64,000 nt of DNA, taken from contig JAHRHZ010000040.1 of the NCBI GenBank assembly GCA_024137785.1, positions 9,527,649 to 9,591,648 of the forward strand. The letters run 5' to 3'. The stretch comes from Ginglymostoma cirratum. Its lineage: Eukaryota. How positions within the stretch are numbered: the first letter of the stretch is position 1; each line of letters begins with the position of its first letter. This document shows positions 1 to 11,774 of this stretch, piece by piece. The notes under the pieces are model-generated. The model saw only the letters and a program-made list of their open reading frames with translations. It did not search any database and was not told where the DNA came from. The translations under genes were made by a program, and so were the position numbers.

Positions 1-134
1 TCATTTCTGATGAAGGGTCTCGGCCCGAAACGTCAAGCTTTCCTGCTCCTATGATGCTGCTTGGCCTGCTGTGTTCATCCAGCTCCACACCTTGTTATCT
101 CGGATTCTCCAGCATCTGCAGTACCTATTATCTC
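1..134 (+). mobile_element. Short hammerhead-motif retroelement copy (family A, Penelope-like derived), cut by the window start
   Basis: CTGATGA (7-13), A, GGGT/GCCC stem, then GAAACGTC (27-34). The body AAGCTTTCCTGCTCCTATGATGCTGCTTGGCCTGCTGTGTTCATCCAGCTCC recurs at 13655, 32151 and 42178. Confidence 0.75.
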
Positions 135-1159
135 AGGTTCAAAGGGCTGTATAACACACTAATGGTCCTATTCCTTATATTGTATTGGAAGATCAGTGTA
201 GGAGCTAAGGTGGCTGATTCAGGGGAGGCGCCTCCAGAGTGAACAGATTCAATTTTTGAAAGGAAGAAAGCATCTATCGATCTCTTATGTTGTTGAAAAT
301 GAGGATGTGGGAGCAAAAGGTAAAGTGGAAATGGTATATCGTCAAGAAGAAACAGGTAATTAACTGTAGAGCAGAAAAAGAATTTGGCAGCCTTACTTAA
401 GTTGGTCTAGATACAAATTCTGGTGTCTGAGGAGCTAGTTATGTGGCAGGTGCGCTTAAGTCAAAGTGCACAGCTTTAAGTCAGCCAGTGTTAAATGTAA
501 ACCCAGAAATCTGGATGTTTTTGTCCCAGAATTACTAAACATGTTAATATAGGACAAGTTGAAGATTAATGCTGTAGCAGTTCCGTTCTGCAAAGTCTTA
601 TAGCATAAGCTCTGTTTATTCATTTGTCATCAATAAATCTGTCTCTAATACTCAATTAAAGCGTATTCATATCCAAAACAATCCCTTCTAACATTAAAAT
701 AATGATATAATGTCACAAATAGGAACTTGAAACAAATGAAATATTCAGTGAAAGTTCAAATTATTACTGTATCTCATTTCTAATTGACTTGGCAAGTTTT
801 GAAATGTGCAAAGATCAAATGTCATTTTGAGTGGAGTGAGATCAAAAACTCTTGAGTTATGTGGGGGAATGTACTTCTCTTTAAATTTTTGCTTTTCAAG
901 ATGATGGATAGTAGAACTGGGAAACAAAACAGTTTCCATTTTAGGCAGCATTAGTCACTTCAAGGCCAGGTAGAAAACAATTAGATGCAGCTCCAAGTTG
1001 CCTGACATCAGTATTAACAATCTGCCTGAATTCCATTGCTAAAGGTCATTCCACAGTGCATGAAGTGAAATTTTCCTTAACAGTCATTAAGCAATTGGTA
1101 ATTAATTAACAAAGTTGTGGCAATTTTTTTTTCCTAAGAGGCAATGAACATTATAAACT

Positions 1160-1169
1160 NNNNNNNNNN
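1160..1169. other. Assembly gap (10 N)
   Basis: Run of N characters. Confidence 1.
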
Positions 1170-2145
1170 TCCCTTTCTGTTTGCTGTAAACAGCTTCCTA
1201 ACAAAGACACATAGTTAAGTGAGTAATGCCTGCACTGCCTTAGTCATGTTAGATGATTGCTGGAAACCTAGACATGTTGTGAGTAGTGAGCTAGGTGTCA
1301 TCCTGGATGTCCATAGCTCCATGACAAGAACACCTGCAAGAGAGATATGAAGATAGCAGACATTGTCATTAACAAATGTTGTCTGTGGCCTTTGGAAAGG
1401 CATTTGAAGGGGCAAGCAGAAATGACAAGATCAGCTGGCCAAGAATAGAGTCAGGGGACGCAAAGACCAGCAAATGGTACACCTTCGCAGGTCACTGTCT
1501 TCATCTGCAGAAGATGCAGCAGAGTCTGCCATACTAGAACTGGGGTACTGAGTGACACCAAGCAATACTTATTACAATTGACCACCCCAGTGTAAAACTC
1601 ATCCTACTAGACGAAAGACTGCCACTAAATCCAGAAACTGGGCTGGTTCTTGCATATACTAAGTCAAGCTCTGACGTTCAATCTGCAGGGGGTGGCTTAT
1701 TGGGACCAGAATTCGGACCCACTATTGGCTATCAGTGGATGGGCCCAAATTGGAGACTCCCTGTATTAGAGATACTTTCTGTAGTATATTAGATTGCATG
1801 TATTTTGCCAACTGTGATAACTGTGTTATCACCTGTGGGTATGGGTCAAAAGTGTAACCTGGACTATTAAAAAAAGGAGACAATTTTTATTACATTTTAA
1901 AAATGTCCTGTGTACAAGAATGAACAAAAAGGAAATAAATGCTTTGTTGTGATGGGACCGAGCACTCCACTCTGTAACTGAACACTTCTGTAATGGATTT
2001 TCCAGCCTCTTTGACACTGGAGATCCCCTTGCTGGGTGCAGAGCAAAGTATGAGAGCAAAGCAAATTAAGAAAGTTCTCAATGACTGTGGAACACCTTTC
2101 AACATCAGCAGCGGGATTTGCAACTGGTTGTATTTGTGTCCTTTT

Positions 2146-2770
2146 TCTATTCATTTGTGGGATGTGGACGTCATTGACTGGCCAGTATTTATTGCCCATT
2201 CTTGTCAGCCATGAAAAGGTGGTGGCTAGCTGCCTTCTTGAACCGCTGCAGTCCACCTGCTGTGTGTTGACCCACAATGCCATTCGGGAAAGAATTCCAG
2301 GATTTTAACCCAGTGACAGTGAAGGAACAGTGATATATTTCCAAGTCAGGATGGTGAGTGGCTTGGCGGTGAACTTGAAGGTGGTTGTGTTTTCATGTAT
2401 CTGCTGCCCCTGTCCTTCTAGATGGAAGTGGTCGTGGGTTTGAAAAGTGCTGTCTGAGGATCTTTGTTGAATTTCTGAAGTATATCTTGTAGGTTGTACA
2501 TAGTGCGGCTACTGAGCATCAGTGGTGGAGGAAATGGATGGTTGTGCCAATCTAATGTGCTGCTTTGTCCTGGATGGTGTCAAGCTTGTTGAGTGTTGTT
2601 GGAGCTGCACCCCTCCAGTCAAGGGGGGAGTATTCCATTGCACTCCTGACTTGTGCCTTGTAGATGGTAGACAAGCTTCGGCGAGTCAGGAAGTGAGTTA
2701 CTCGCTGCAGTATTCCTAGCCTCTGACCTGGTCTTGTAGCCACTATGTTTATGAGGTCAGTCCCATTGAG
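2146..2770 (-). mobile_element. 5'-truncated CR1/L2-group LINE, 3' fragment
   Basis: Minus-strand ORF 2552-2743 (LSTIYKAQVRSAMEYSPLDW...LNKLDTIQDKA) resembles a LINE ORF2 C-terminus. The same 3' region recurs at 56540-56970 (-) and 27795-27910 (+). Confidence 0.75.
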
Positions 2771-4223
2771 TATGCCAACATAGATCCAATTACTGATTTT
2801 TGAGATGAGTAATTCTGTAAAAAAAGTCTTAGCAGAATTATAACATGCCTATAACACTACCCAGGAAATGATTTTAGATACGTATGCCTAAATGTTGTCA
2901 CAACTCTTCTTTCCTTCACATTGTTCCTTGAGTCCCAACTCTCATCTTTAGTTGTGATTGACGGGCATTCAAGGTTGTCAAATTTGTCAATGTTATTCCA
3001 TTATTCATCTACAGTGACAATGATTTATCAGCTACAGAAAAGGGATCAAAGGGGATGTTAAAGTAATCAGTTAGCTATCAATATAATAATATAATAATAA
3101 TTTTCAATGATTATAGCACTGTAGCATATTACCACAAAGATGTCTCCTAAATTTCTGATTCATAATATGTTCAGAAAATGTCATCAATCCTATGCCTGGA
3201 AAGGGAGATTTAGACTCCCAAAAACCATTTTTTCTCTTCTTTGAGGTACAGGTGGAACCAATTCATACCTGATCTTATACTGAGCTTAACATAAGATGTA
3301 GACTTAGAGTCCAGCCTGCCTTCACGGCCATGCCCAGCATTAAACTAAAGTTACTCCCAGCTATTACTGGAGCTCATTACTAGTGCCAAGTGTTAAATGG
3401 TATGTTAATATAGGGAAGGAATCTGATCTCTTCTACTTATATGCTAACTTGCAACATTTAAATTTAGGTTTCAGCAAAGCACTGCTTGAAGTTTACATCT
3501 TTCAAAGAAAAGATCCTTCCTTGAAACCAAATGTTCAAGGTTGGAATAAATATAGCCTATTTAGATCAAATAGATTACGTTTACAGAAGTTCTTTCCAAG
3601 CAACAGATTATTGACGCATATCAGTCTCAGAAATCGTAATGGAAAATGAAGTTAATAAATGACAGTTGTATTTTTTCTCAAGTAGCACTATTCAAGGTGT
3701 GGCTTTCTGATGACTTTGAGCAAATGCTCGGCATTCCTAGCCTGGGGCATCAAAGAACAGATATCGTAATTCCAGAAAATTATGGATCAGGATTTACATA
3801 GAATCTGGGGCAAAAATGTGACCTCGCTGCACCCATTTTATGAATATAAAACAGGTATAGCAAAGCAAATTTCAGAGACTAGTATTCTGTGTTCTACTGG
3901 AAGCAAAGAGGCATCCCAGCCAATTTTAGATCAGGCAATTTTTCAGTACTTAGGTAGATTGGGCCTGAGGTTTATTTCATATGTAAGGGAAGAACTTAGT
4001 GCCTGCTTTATGGGCCTTTTACAGGAATTAGATAGGCATGATCAGAGTAGGAGTTAGGATTGTTACATGTAAGGTTCTTCAGTGGCTGCCAACAAAAGGT
4101 CAATAACAACTCCCAACTTTCTGAGATTGATATCTATTAATAATCTGTTGCTTGGAAAGAAGTTCTGTAAACTGTAATCTATTTGTTCTAAATGGGCTAT
4201 ATTTATTCCAGCCTTGAACATTT

Positions 4224-4582
4224 GGTGGGTAGGCAATGGCCTAGTGGTGTTATCGCTGGGCTGTTAATCCAGAGACCCAGATAATGTTCTGGTAATGTTT
4301 GAATCCTGCCACTGCAGCTGGTGGAATTTGAATTCAATGAAAGTACCTAGAATTAAGAATCTAATGATGACCATGAACCCATTGTCGATTGTTGGAAAAG
4401 CCCATCTGGCTTATTAATGTCCTTTAGGGAAGGAAACTGCATTCTTACCTGGTCTGGCCTACATGTGACTCCAGACCCACAGCAATGTGGTTGACTCTAA
4501 ACTGCCCTCTGGGCAAATAGGGACGGTCAATAATTGCTGCCTGGTCAGTGACGCCCTCATCCTGTGAATGAATAAAGAAAAA
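4224..4582 (+). mobile_element. tRNA-derived SINE with a LINE-derived 3' tail
   Basis: Pol III box A TGGCCTAGTGG (4237-4247) and box B GTTTGAATCC (4297-4306). The tail resembles the 3' end of the LINE at 2146. Other copies lie at 28945, 31795, 37220 and 56230. Confidence 0.8.
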
Positions 4583-7087
4583 CTCAACACATGCACCCCA
4601 AAATCAATTGTTCTCACAATTACATTTTTAAGATTTACCTAACATCTTTAGTGTAACAAAACATTCAAAGGCATTTCACAGGAACACTCAAATACAAAGA
4701 ATGGGACTGAGGAGGAGTCTGGTCAGATGATCAAAAGCTGGCAGGAGACACATGACAGAAATTAGTAGCGAACTCAAAATAAACAAGGACCACATCAGGA
4801 CTTTGGGCCATTCATGTGATCTAATGGTTAAGCATTTGAAGGTGAACAACTAACAATTTGTACCCTGGTCATGCTATTGAAATTATAGGGAGTGACATAA
4901 TGGATTGAATGATAGAATTGAAGGAGAGGGACGAGGTTCTGAAATATGAAGAGTTTTATTTCAACTGTGAGACTTGAAATTAGTGTGTTTTGAGGGTCTA
5001 CTGTTCATAAGCCGGAGTGGTTGGGTCAGTAGAGGTAGAAGTTGAATTAGGATAGCTTGGATGAAGCACTACCAGTTCATTTGATGCCAAACCATGGGAG
5101 GCAGAATTTGTCAAGTGCTGTGCATCTCAGGATTAGATTACAATTCAAAATCACAAAAGTAAGATGATGTGATATGTTCATCATGCAGTGAGCGATTCCA
5201 GATATTAGCACCAATACAAATTGCTGTTACTGTGTACAATCAGAGGTTCAAGCTAAGGCCAATTGGATTGTAACATGACCTGTTCTCTTTCAAATAGCAA
5301 AATTTGACGGCAGTGGAAAATTTTCCATAAATGCATCGCAGAAACAAGAACATAATCAAAGATGGGTTTGCACTATAACAAGATGAAGAAATCTGGTGCA
5401 GAACACAAAAATGGCGGACTGAACAGGGAATTAGAAACCACCTGATAGCACTTTGCTAGTGATACCGCTAAAAATCATAAGATATAACATCAGTGAACAT
5501 TTAGGCTGGTGTTCATTAAGAAAGGAAGTGGAATACAGATTTATCAGGGACAAATTATACGATATTAATTGCATTTTTTAAAGGAAATCTCCGACAGTTG
5601 CGAACGAAACGTGAGCAGTGTCAATTGCTCTCAGTCTCCTAAAATGGAGTAAGGTCTCTGTGCACAACTTAAACTTGGTCAGATTTCACCAATTCGCTTC
5701 TCCAAATTCCTAAACCCAGCAGCCGATTCGTCCAACAGAAATACTTCAGGCCTCAAAACCTAAACAACGAGCAAAACAAGCCGGAGCTGTTCAACTTTGC
5801 ATGATTCTCAAATAACGGCGAATCATTTGTCACTTTCAGGCCGCGGGATTCCGAAGAACTGCCTTGGAAATTAACAAACTGGCCCAGTTTAGTGATTTCC
5901 CACCGCGCTCATTGCCTGGAGTCATTACCAAGGAACATCAGATAATCGCCTGGAGTTGAGTTTAAATGTCATTATTTTATATAGATATATAGCTTATTAA
6001 ATATATAAACACATTGGTTACATTTGTGGTGTAGGTGCATCTCTACCTTCGATTAAAACACTTCTCCTTGCCTGATAGTTCTTGGGTTTCATTGTTACCA
6101 CATAAACGGGCCATCTTTTTCAGGTTAAATAGTTATCCGGTGGGCAACATGGGCTGCCCCTACCCTTTAAATAAGCCCTTCCTAAAGCACTGATTTCCAT
6201 TTCACAGTGGGCTGAATTCAAAACAGCAGGGATTGAACAGACTCGATCAGATCGGGAAAAGTGAAAATCCCAGTTCTGGAATAAAAACAGCCCCATGTCA
6301 CTTCCATCCTTCCAGGTTCGGAGCGCCGGGCCGAGAGCGAATCTGATGATGAGTTATTAATCTCCACAGTCAGGGAACTTCTTTTCGTTTACAGAATCAA
6401 TCACGTCTACCATAAATCTTGTCCGCGGGCAGTCATCTCCATCTCCACCTGCACAAACAAGTCCAAGAACAGAGAAAACCAGGCTTCATAAATCTCGCAC
6501 CGCTGCTTTTCCACGTCCTTAATTTACTGCCCCGTCGTTTTACATTCCATAAAACACTGAGTTTGCGGATATATTCCCACAGCGCTCAGCTGCAGCGTGT
6601 CGCAGGGAGCAACCCAGGCAGCAGCAAGGTGTGTGAGGACAATTCAAATCCAATCGACAATGCCAGGCAGGAAGGGAAATATGTGGAAATCAGGAAACAA
6701 TTAGCGGTGAAATGTGAAGCCTGTGTTTCCCGCAGCTTGAGGCGTGTTCCCAGCTTTCTAGAGATGTATTCTTGTCAACCAGCAGAGACATTGATGCGAA
6801 GACGCGGCACAAGATGGACTAATCCCTGCCATGCTTCTCTGTAACAGTTCAGCAGCCAGTTAGGTTTTCCTCGGAAATTCAAAAGCGATCTCGCAGCTAA
6901 AGTTTAAGCATAGCGAGAAAGCAAAAGGGCATCTTCGGACCAACTCACTCGAATGCATTGTGTTGTTTTGTGAAGCTGGCTACATCAGAGGGTTTCCTGT
7001 AAAGATCTGTCGAACATTCTTGATCGGTCATCCTGTTGCATTTTTAGCACCTGAAACAAAGTGTTATGAGGCCGCACTGTGTGTACA

Positions 7088-7122
7088 AGCACACACAGAC
7101 ACATACACACAAACACACACAC
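7088..7122. repeat. Imperfect (CA)n microsatellite
   Basis: CACACACAGACACATACACACAAACACACACAC. Confidence 0.85.
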
Positions 7123-7206
7123 TCTCCTGAATTTGTTCTGGCTCTTGACCTGGAAGACCCTGGACCATCAAATAACAAATACATAAAGACAACTCTCCTC
7201 AATACA

Positions 7207-7311
7207 GGTTCTGAGGAAGGGTCACCGGACCTGAAACGTTAACTCTTTTTTTTCTTCACAGATGGTGCCAGACATGCTGAGCTTTTCTAGCAACTTTGTT
7301 TTTGTTCCTGG
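7207..7311 (+). mobile_element. Short hammerhead-motif retroelement copy (family B) with 8-bp target-site duplication (TSD)
   Basis: GGTT-CTGAGGA-A-GGGTC-ACCG-GACCT-GAAACGTT-AACT, flanked by TCAATACA at 7199-7206 and 7312-7319. Confidence 0.8.
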
Positions 7312-7449
7312 TCAATACACCATGGGCACATCATGTTACCCCAGGCCTGTCCGCGAACTTTACCCAAAGCGGCGCTGTTTTGAAACATCATCCCTTATCG
7401 AACTTTTTTTTCTAAAAGCATGTCGGATCCCACCTGGCATAACTCCAAA

Positions 7450-7592
7450 TGGATTTATAGAGCCTGCTGTGCTCTCATGCCATCCCAGAGCAGTAAGGTC
7501 CTTTCCAATTGCGCGCCGAAAGGAAGTGCGGTGCACAGTGAGATTCCATAAGCAGCACCGAGATAAATGACCAGGTCATCTCTCTTTTAGTC
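7450..7592 (-). mobile_element. Degraded Deu-domain SINE fragment (SacSINE1/AmnSINE1-like)
   Basis: GTGCACAGTGAGATTCCATAAGCAGCACCGAGATAAATGACCAGGTCATCTCTCTTTTAG resembles the reverse strand of the Deu-SINE 3' region as I recall it. Confidence 0.45.
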
Positions 7593-8062
7593 AAATAAAA
7601 CTGCTGGGTTTACTTTATAGAAACTGACGGTTGTTTTGAAAACGCACTCCTATCTCGATCTGTCAGGGCCTTGCTTTCTTGAAAAATAAAATGCTTGCCG
7701 TCGAGTAAACAAGGTGAATTAATACATGTGGATGCAGTAGAGCCCACTCGGCTCGGGCCCCCGGTCACCGAGACCCGGCTCACAGCCCTGTCTTTTCTCT
7801 CACTTGGAAGGGGTTGGAAATGGCACTTTCACCGCAGCATGTCACCTACATAACCAGTTCGAGCATCTCCCTGGACAGCCGAATTACTTCAGCATCAATT
7901 CAACAGAACTTTAAAAGAAAGTTTGCAGGAAACGAGAACATAAAATATGCGATAATTCGGTGCAGTTAAATACAGGGACTAAACTATTACCTCTTTTCCA
8001 TACATTTCAATATGATTTTTTTTGAACTTGACAGAATAACTCAGGGCATGTGAATGTCACGA

Positions 8063-8070
8063 TATATAAA
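8063..8070 (+). promoter_or_regulatory. Candidate TATA box of TCF21
   Basis: TATATAAA about 300 bp upstream of the ATG, within CpG-rich sequence. The transcription start site is not known. Confidence 0.35.
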
Positions 8071-8371
8071 CGTGGTTGAGGGTTGGTGTTCCAGGTTAGC
8101 CAGAGAGAGGGCTGAATTTCTTTAATCTTTCTTCCTGGACTTGGCGCGGGTCTAGCGCTTGTCAACATCCACTTGGTCCCTCCTTTCAAGCTGCGAGATC
8201 CCGCCTCCAAGCGAGCCGAGATAAATTCCGGGTGTCGCATCCATTTCGCGGGGTCTTCAATCAAACAGAGTCGTGAGGAATCCACTGCAACTGAAAAGCT
8301 GCACGCTGCTAACCCTCTCGGTCTCTTTTCTATCTCTAAACGCCAGCTTTGCAGGAGATCCTGGCGCTACC

Positions 8372-8833
8372 ATGTCCACTGGGTCCGTTAGCGATGCAGA
8401 AGACCTTCAGGAAATGGAAGTGCTGGGAGCAGAGGGCGAATGCGACGGGCTAAAGAGGAAATCGAACAAGGATTTCTGCACTTCCAATGACAGCAACGAA
8501 GACAGCTCCAATTATGAGCACGAGTCCCCAAAGAAAGGCAGGGGGGCTTCGGGAAAGGGCCGCAAGACGGCCTCCAAGAAATCCTCTCTGAATGGGGTGA
8601 CCCAGGAAGGGAAACAGATCCAGCGTAATGCTGCAAATGCCAGGGAGAGGGCCAGGATGAGGGTGCTCAGTAAAGCCTTCTCCAGGCTCAAAACCACCTT
8701 ACCCTGGGTTCCACCAGACACTAAACTCTCCAAACTCGACACCCTCCGGCTGGCATCCAGCTACATCGCCCACCTGAGACAGATACTAGCCAACGACAAG
8801 TATGAGAATGGCTACATTCACCCAGTAAATCTG
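8372..8833 (+). CDS. TCF21: Transcription factor 21 (capsulin/Pod1/epicardin), coding exon 1 including the bHLH domain
   Basis: ATG in context GCTACCATG. Translation [14 protein letters not shown]...[71 protein letters not shown] matches TCF21 ([14 protein letters not shown]) rather than musculin. Phase-0 donor CTG|GTAGGA at 8833/8834. Confidence 0.97.
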
Positions 8834-11324
8834 GTAGGACCCCACCTTCTAGAAAAAAAGAGCTTTGCTCGTGTGTGTGTTTGTGTGTATGCCCGGGTGG
8901 TGTAGTTCTAGTGTGTGTGTGCTTATAAATGTATATAAACATATATATATGTGTATGTTCGGGAGTACATAATCTGGTTGTTTCTGTGCATTCCTATGTA
9001 AGTCTACATTGACCCATACAAGTAAAAGTATATGCATGTGTGTAAATGAAGAAGTTTGCATCTATTCGTGTGTGCGTCTGTGTGATTATGTGGATGCGGG
9101 TCTCCGTGATTATATTTGCGTGTGTCCGTATGAGAAAGGGAGAGAGACGATGCGAATCCATCTGCATCATGGTACAGAGTGGGATATTCACAGGTCAGTT
9201 GTGTATTCGGACTACTCGGCAGTTTGGTGTTAATGAAAGCGGCCAGACAGCAAACTGATAAACAGACCAGGGCTTCTTCTGGACATCTCGGAGACAGCGA
9301 ACACTCGCTGCTTCTCCGATCCGAAAATCTCGTTTCCATTTAAAAGCACGGAGATTATTGCGGTTCTTTGGGTCAAATTCTTAGCACAATTGCCGGAAGT
9401 GAGAGGTTTAGTGTGCTCCGTCGAGGTAGAAGAGAAGCTGATTAGCAAATTGCAAAGGATGATCGTGGTAATTTAGCCAATGAGCCTTTAAACACCCACA
9501 TGAAACATGAACTGTGCTCCCAAAGTGAAAACGCGCTTAAACTTGGGTTACATTGAAAAACAGCGATAGAAAATTAATCTAATCCTGTGTAGATTTACTG
9601 GAGAAATACTGAACGTAAATTCCAAATAAGTGCAAACAATTTTGACATAAAATATATGGTGAGCCAGTCTGATTTACAATATAACCAGAGAGATGTACAC
9701 AGTACACAAATTTCACCCAATAAAAAACTGCATTAGATTTTCAACAGCTAGTTACACAACACCTCAACTGAACAATAACTAATGTAGCTAGTTGATGTAA
9801 CATTTTAAAGGGTGGGAACACATTTTAAGTATTTTAATATCCCGTTAGCATGGGGCTGAATTGCTTGATTATCTCGCGTCCCATTTAAACGGCAATCTTA
9901 ATTCGTGTTTTCTGTCCCCTCCGCATAGTGGAACTAACCTCTGCAGGTTTACTGCTGAACTGAAACAAAACCAAGAGGAAATTGGTGAAATGCATTGTGT
10001 GCAGATGTGGCGAAATAGTGGGGCATTTACAATATCTGTTTGATATTTAGCAGTGATTATTATCTTCCCCACTGGAATCATCTTGGGAAATCAGATTAGC
10101 TCATTGTAATGGAGAACAAATTGATTTCTTCGGAGGTTGTTCTAGAAAGTGGGAAAGGTGATGAATTTAATAGTTTCGCCCGTGCTTAATGGAAAATGTG
10201 GATTTGCAGTTTCTCGTTGAAATAACAAATTTCAAGCCATCTTTCAAACTCAAATCTCATGAAAAATCATTAACTGAAACAAAGGAGGGTGAGAAGTTCA
10301 TAACACCGAGGAAGTTGGTAAATCTCTATGAAGGACAAAACGTTCGAAAATAGTGTTTTTCCACCAGATCTTGTCCCTGTCCATTTAAGGAAAATATGAA
10401 CAAAGTAGCAATCTTTTTATTGCTGACCTCTTAGGTAATTGACTTTCAATTTTAAGCGCTAGAACTGTAATGGTTCGCAATCAACATAATTTTATTCTAA
10501 AATAGCAGTTATTCCTTTGTAGCTTATAAATCGATACATTTTAAACGAATAGTTCACCTGCAATATCTTAGTGAATTTTGTGGATCAATCATTTGTTTCA
10601 CTTACTCAATACTTAAGAACACGACGGAGGATTGAAATTGTGATTACACCCTGCCTCCTATTCTCAAAATCCGAGATCAGATTAGTTTCAATAATGAACT
10701 ATATAAATTAAACCGGTTCTTTCGAATTTTGAATTGCGCGAGTACAGCAACCCGTCAGTACCACTCAATCTAAACCCCAACTGTTTTGATACCTGGAGTG
10801 AATCTGTTGTCTGCTAAATTATTTGTAATGTGCTACCGTCGAGAAGCCAATTTAAATTTGTAGCAATTTAAACTAAATTGAAGTTGTCACGAAAGCAACC
10901 AAATTTGAAGCTGCGAAGTTCCGTTGTCCTAAAGTATGGTAGTGTTTGGGGTGCCCGTTTGTCCAGCACTTGTATTATTGCTGTCTTCGTTTATCGTGTA
11001 ATGCGACAATAATCACAACTCACGTTCTCTTCTTGTTTCGTTCCCGTTACTTTATTTTTTCTTCGAACGCTCACACTAAATAAAATTGGCTTCCATTTGT
11101 AAAGATTCCACATCGATGTTCTGAGAATAATATATAAACTTTGGACACTTTGGGTTTAGATTTAGGTGGAGGTATTTTATCTCTAGTTCTATGTACACCG
11201 CCAGCACTTTCTAGATCAAGGGTGATGTAAAACAAAAAGAAACGAAACGGCACCAGCCAAGGAATCTCTAATTTCTTGTTTTAATGAGCAAATGCCACCA
11301 AACATTTTTTCCTTTCTGTTCCAG
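8834..11324 (+). other. TCF21: TCF21 intron 1 (GT-AG)
   Basis: GTAGGA donor; polypyrimidine tract TTTTTTCCTTTCTGTTCCAG at the acceptor. Confidence 0.95.
8871..9130. repeat. Degenerate (TG)n/(TA)n simple repeat in the intron
   Basis: Multiple GTGTGTGT and ATATATAT tracts. Confidence 0.8.
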
Positions 11325-11414
11325 ACGTGGCCCTTCATGGTGGCCGGGAAACCAGAGAACGAGCTAAAAGAGGTCGTGAACACGGCTCGTTTGTGTGGGA
11401 CTACGGCGTCGTGA
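11325..11414 (+). CDS. TCF21: TCF21 coding exon 2
   Basis: After CCAG, reads ACG TGG CCC TTC... = [29 protein letters not shown] then TGA, matching the TCF21 C-terminus. Total protein 183 aa. Confidence 0.97.
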   Translation, partial: TWPFMVAGKPENELKEVVNTARLCGTTAS

Positions 11415-11768
11415 CAAAAAGAAAAATCCCGCTCAAACGAAGCCGGAGGATTAAACGAGAAGCCGATAAATGGACAAACGATGAGCTAAAAGCCGCCGGG
11501 GCCGTATAATCATCTCAGCCTGGGCTATATCACGGGAGAATGTTCTTAACACTCCTATCATGTCGATATTGTTCCAGTACTTTGCTGGTCAAAGTGCCAA
11601 AAGGGGTTTATACATCTTCATTTGTAATAGTGACAGACTTTAATGTTGTGCAAGATAATGTAGGTATGTTGAATTTCAGCAATGGCTTTGATAGTCAAAT
11701 GCTGTGTAAGGAAGCATCATATAAAAGATATATATTTTCTTTAACCACAGGTCTTTTCAAATCATGTA

Positions 11769-11774
11769 AATAAA
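11769..11774 (+). terminator. Candidate polyadenylation signal of TCF21
   Basis: AATAAA about 355 nt after the stop codon, with TGTA just upstream and T/GT-rich sequence downstream. Confidence 0.6.

Noticed and set aside
4224-4310. tRNA gene
   Set aside because: Box A and box B belong to a SINE head. No cloverleaf is evident and a repeat body follows.
8273-8905. 210-aa single-exon ORF as the full TCF21 protein
   Set aside because: It starts at a non-ATG codon upstream of the true ATG (8372) and reads through the splice donor into a TG repeat. The conserved C-terminus is in exon 2.
11327-11509. 60-aa ORF overlapping exon 2
   Set aside because: Wrong frame; the real exon is read from 11325.
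11661-11669. Splice-donor-like AG|GTATGT in the 3' UTR (possible third exon)
   Set aside because: No supported acceptor or transcript evidence, and such motifs are common by chance.
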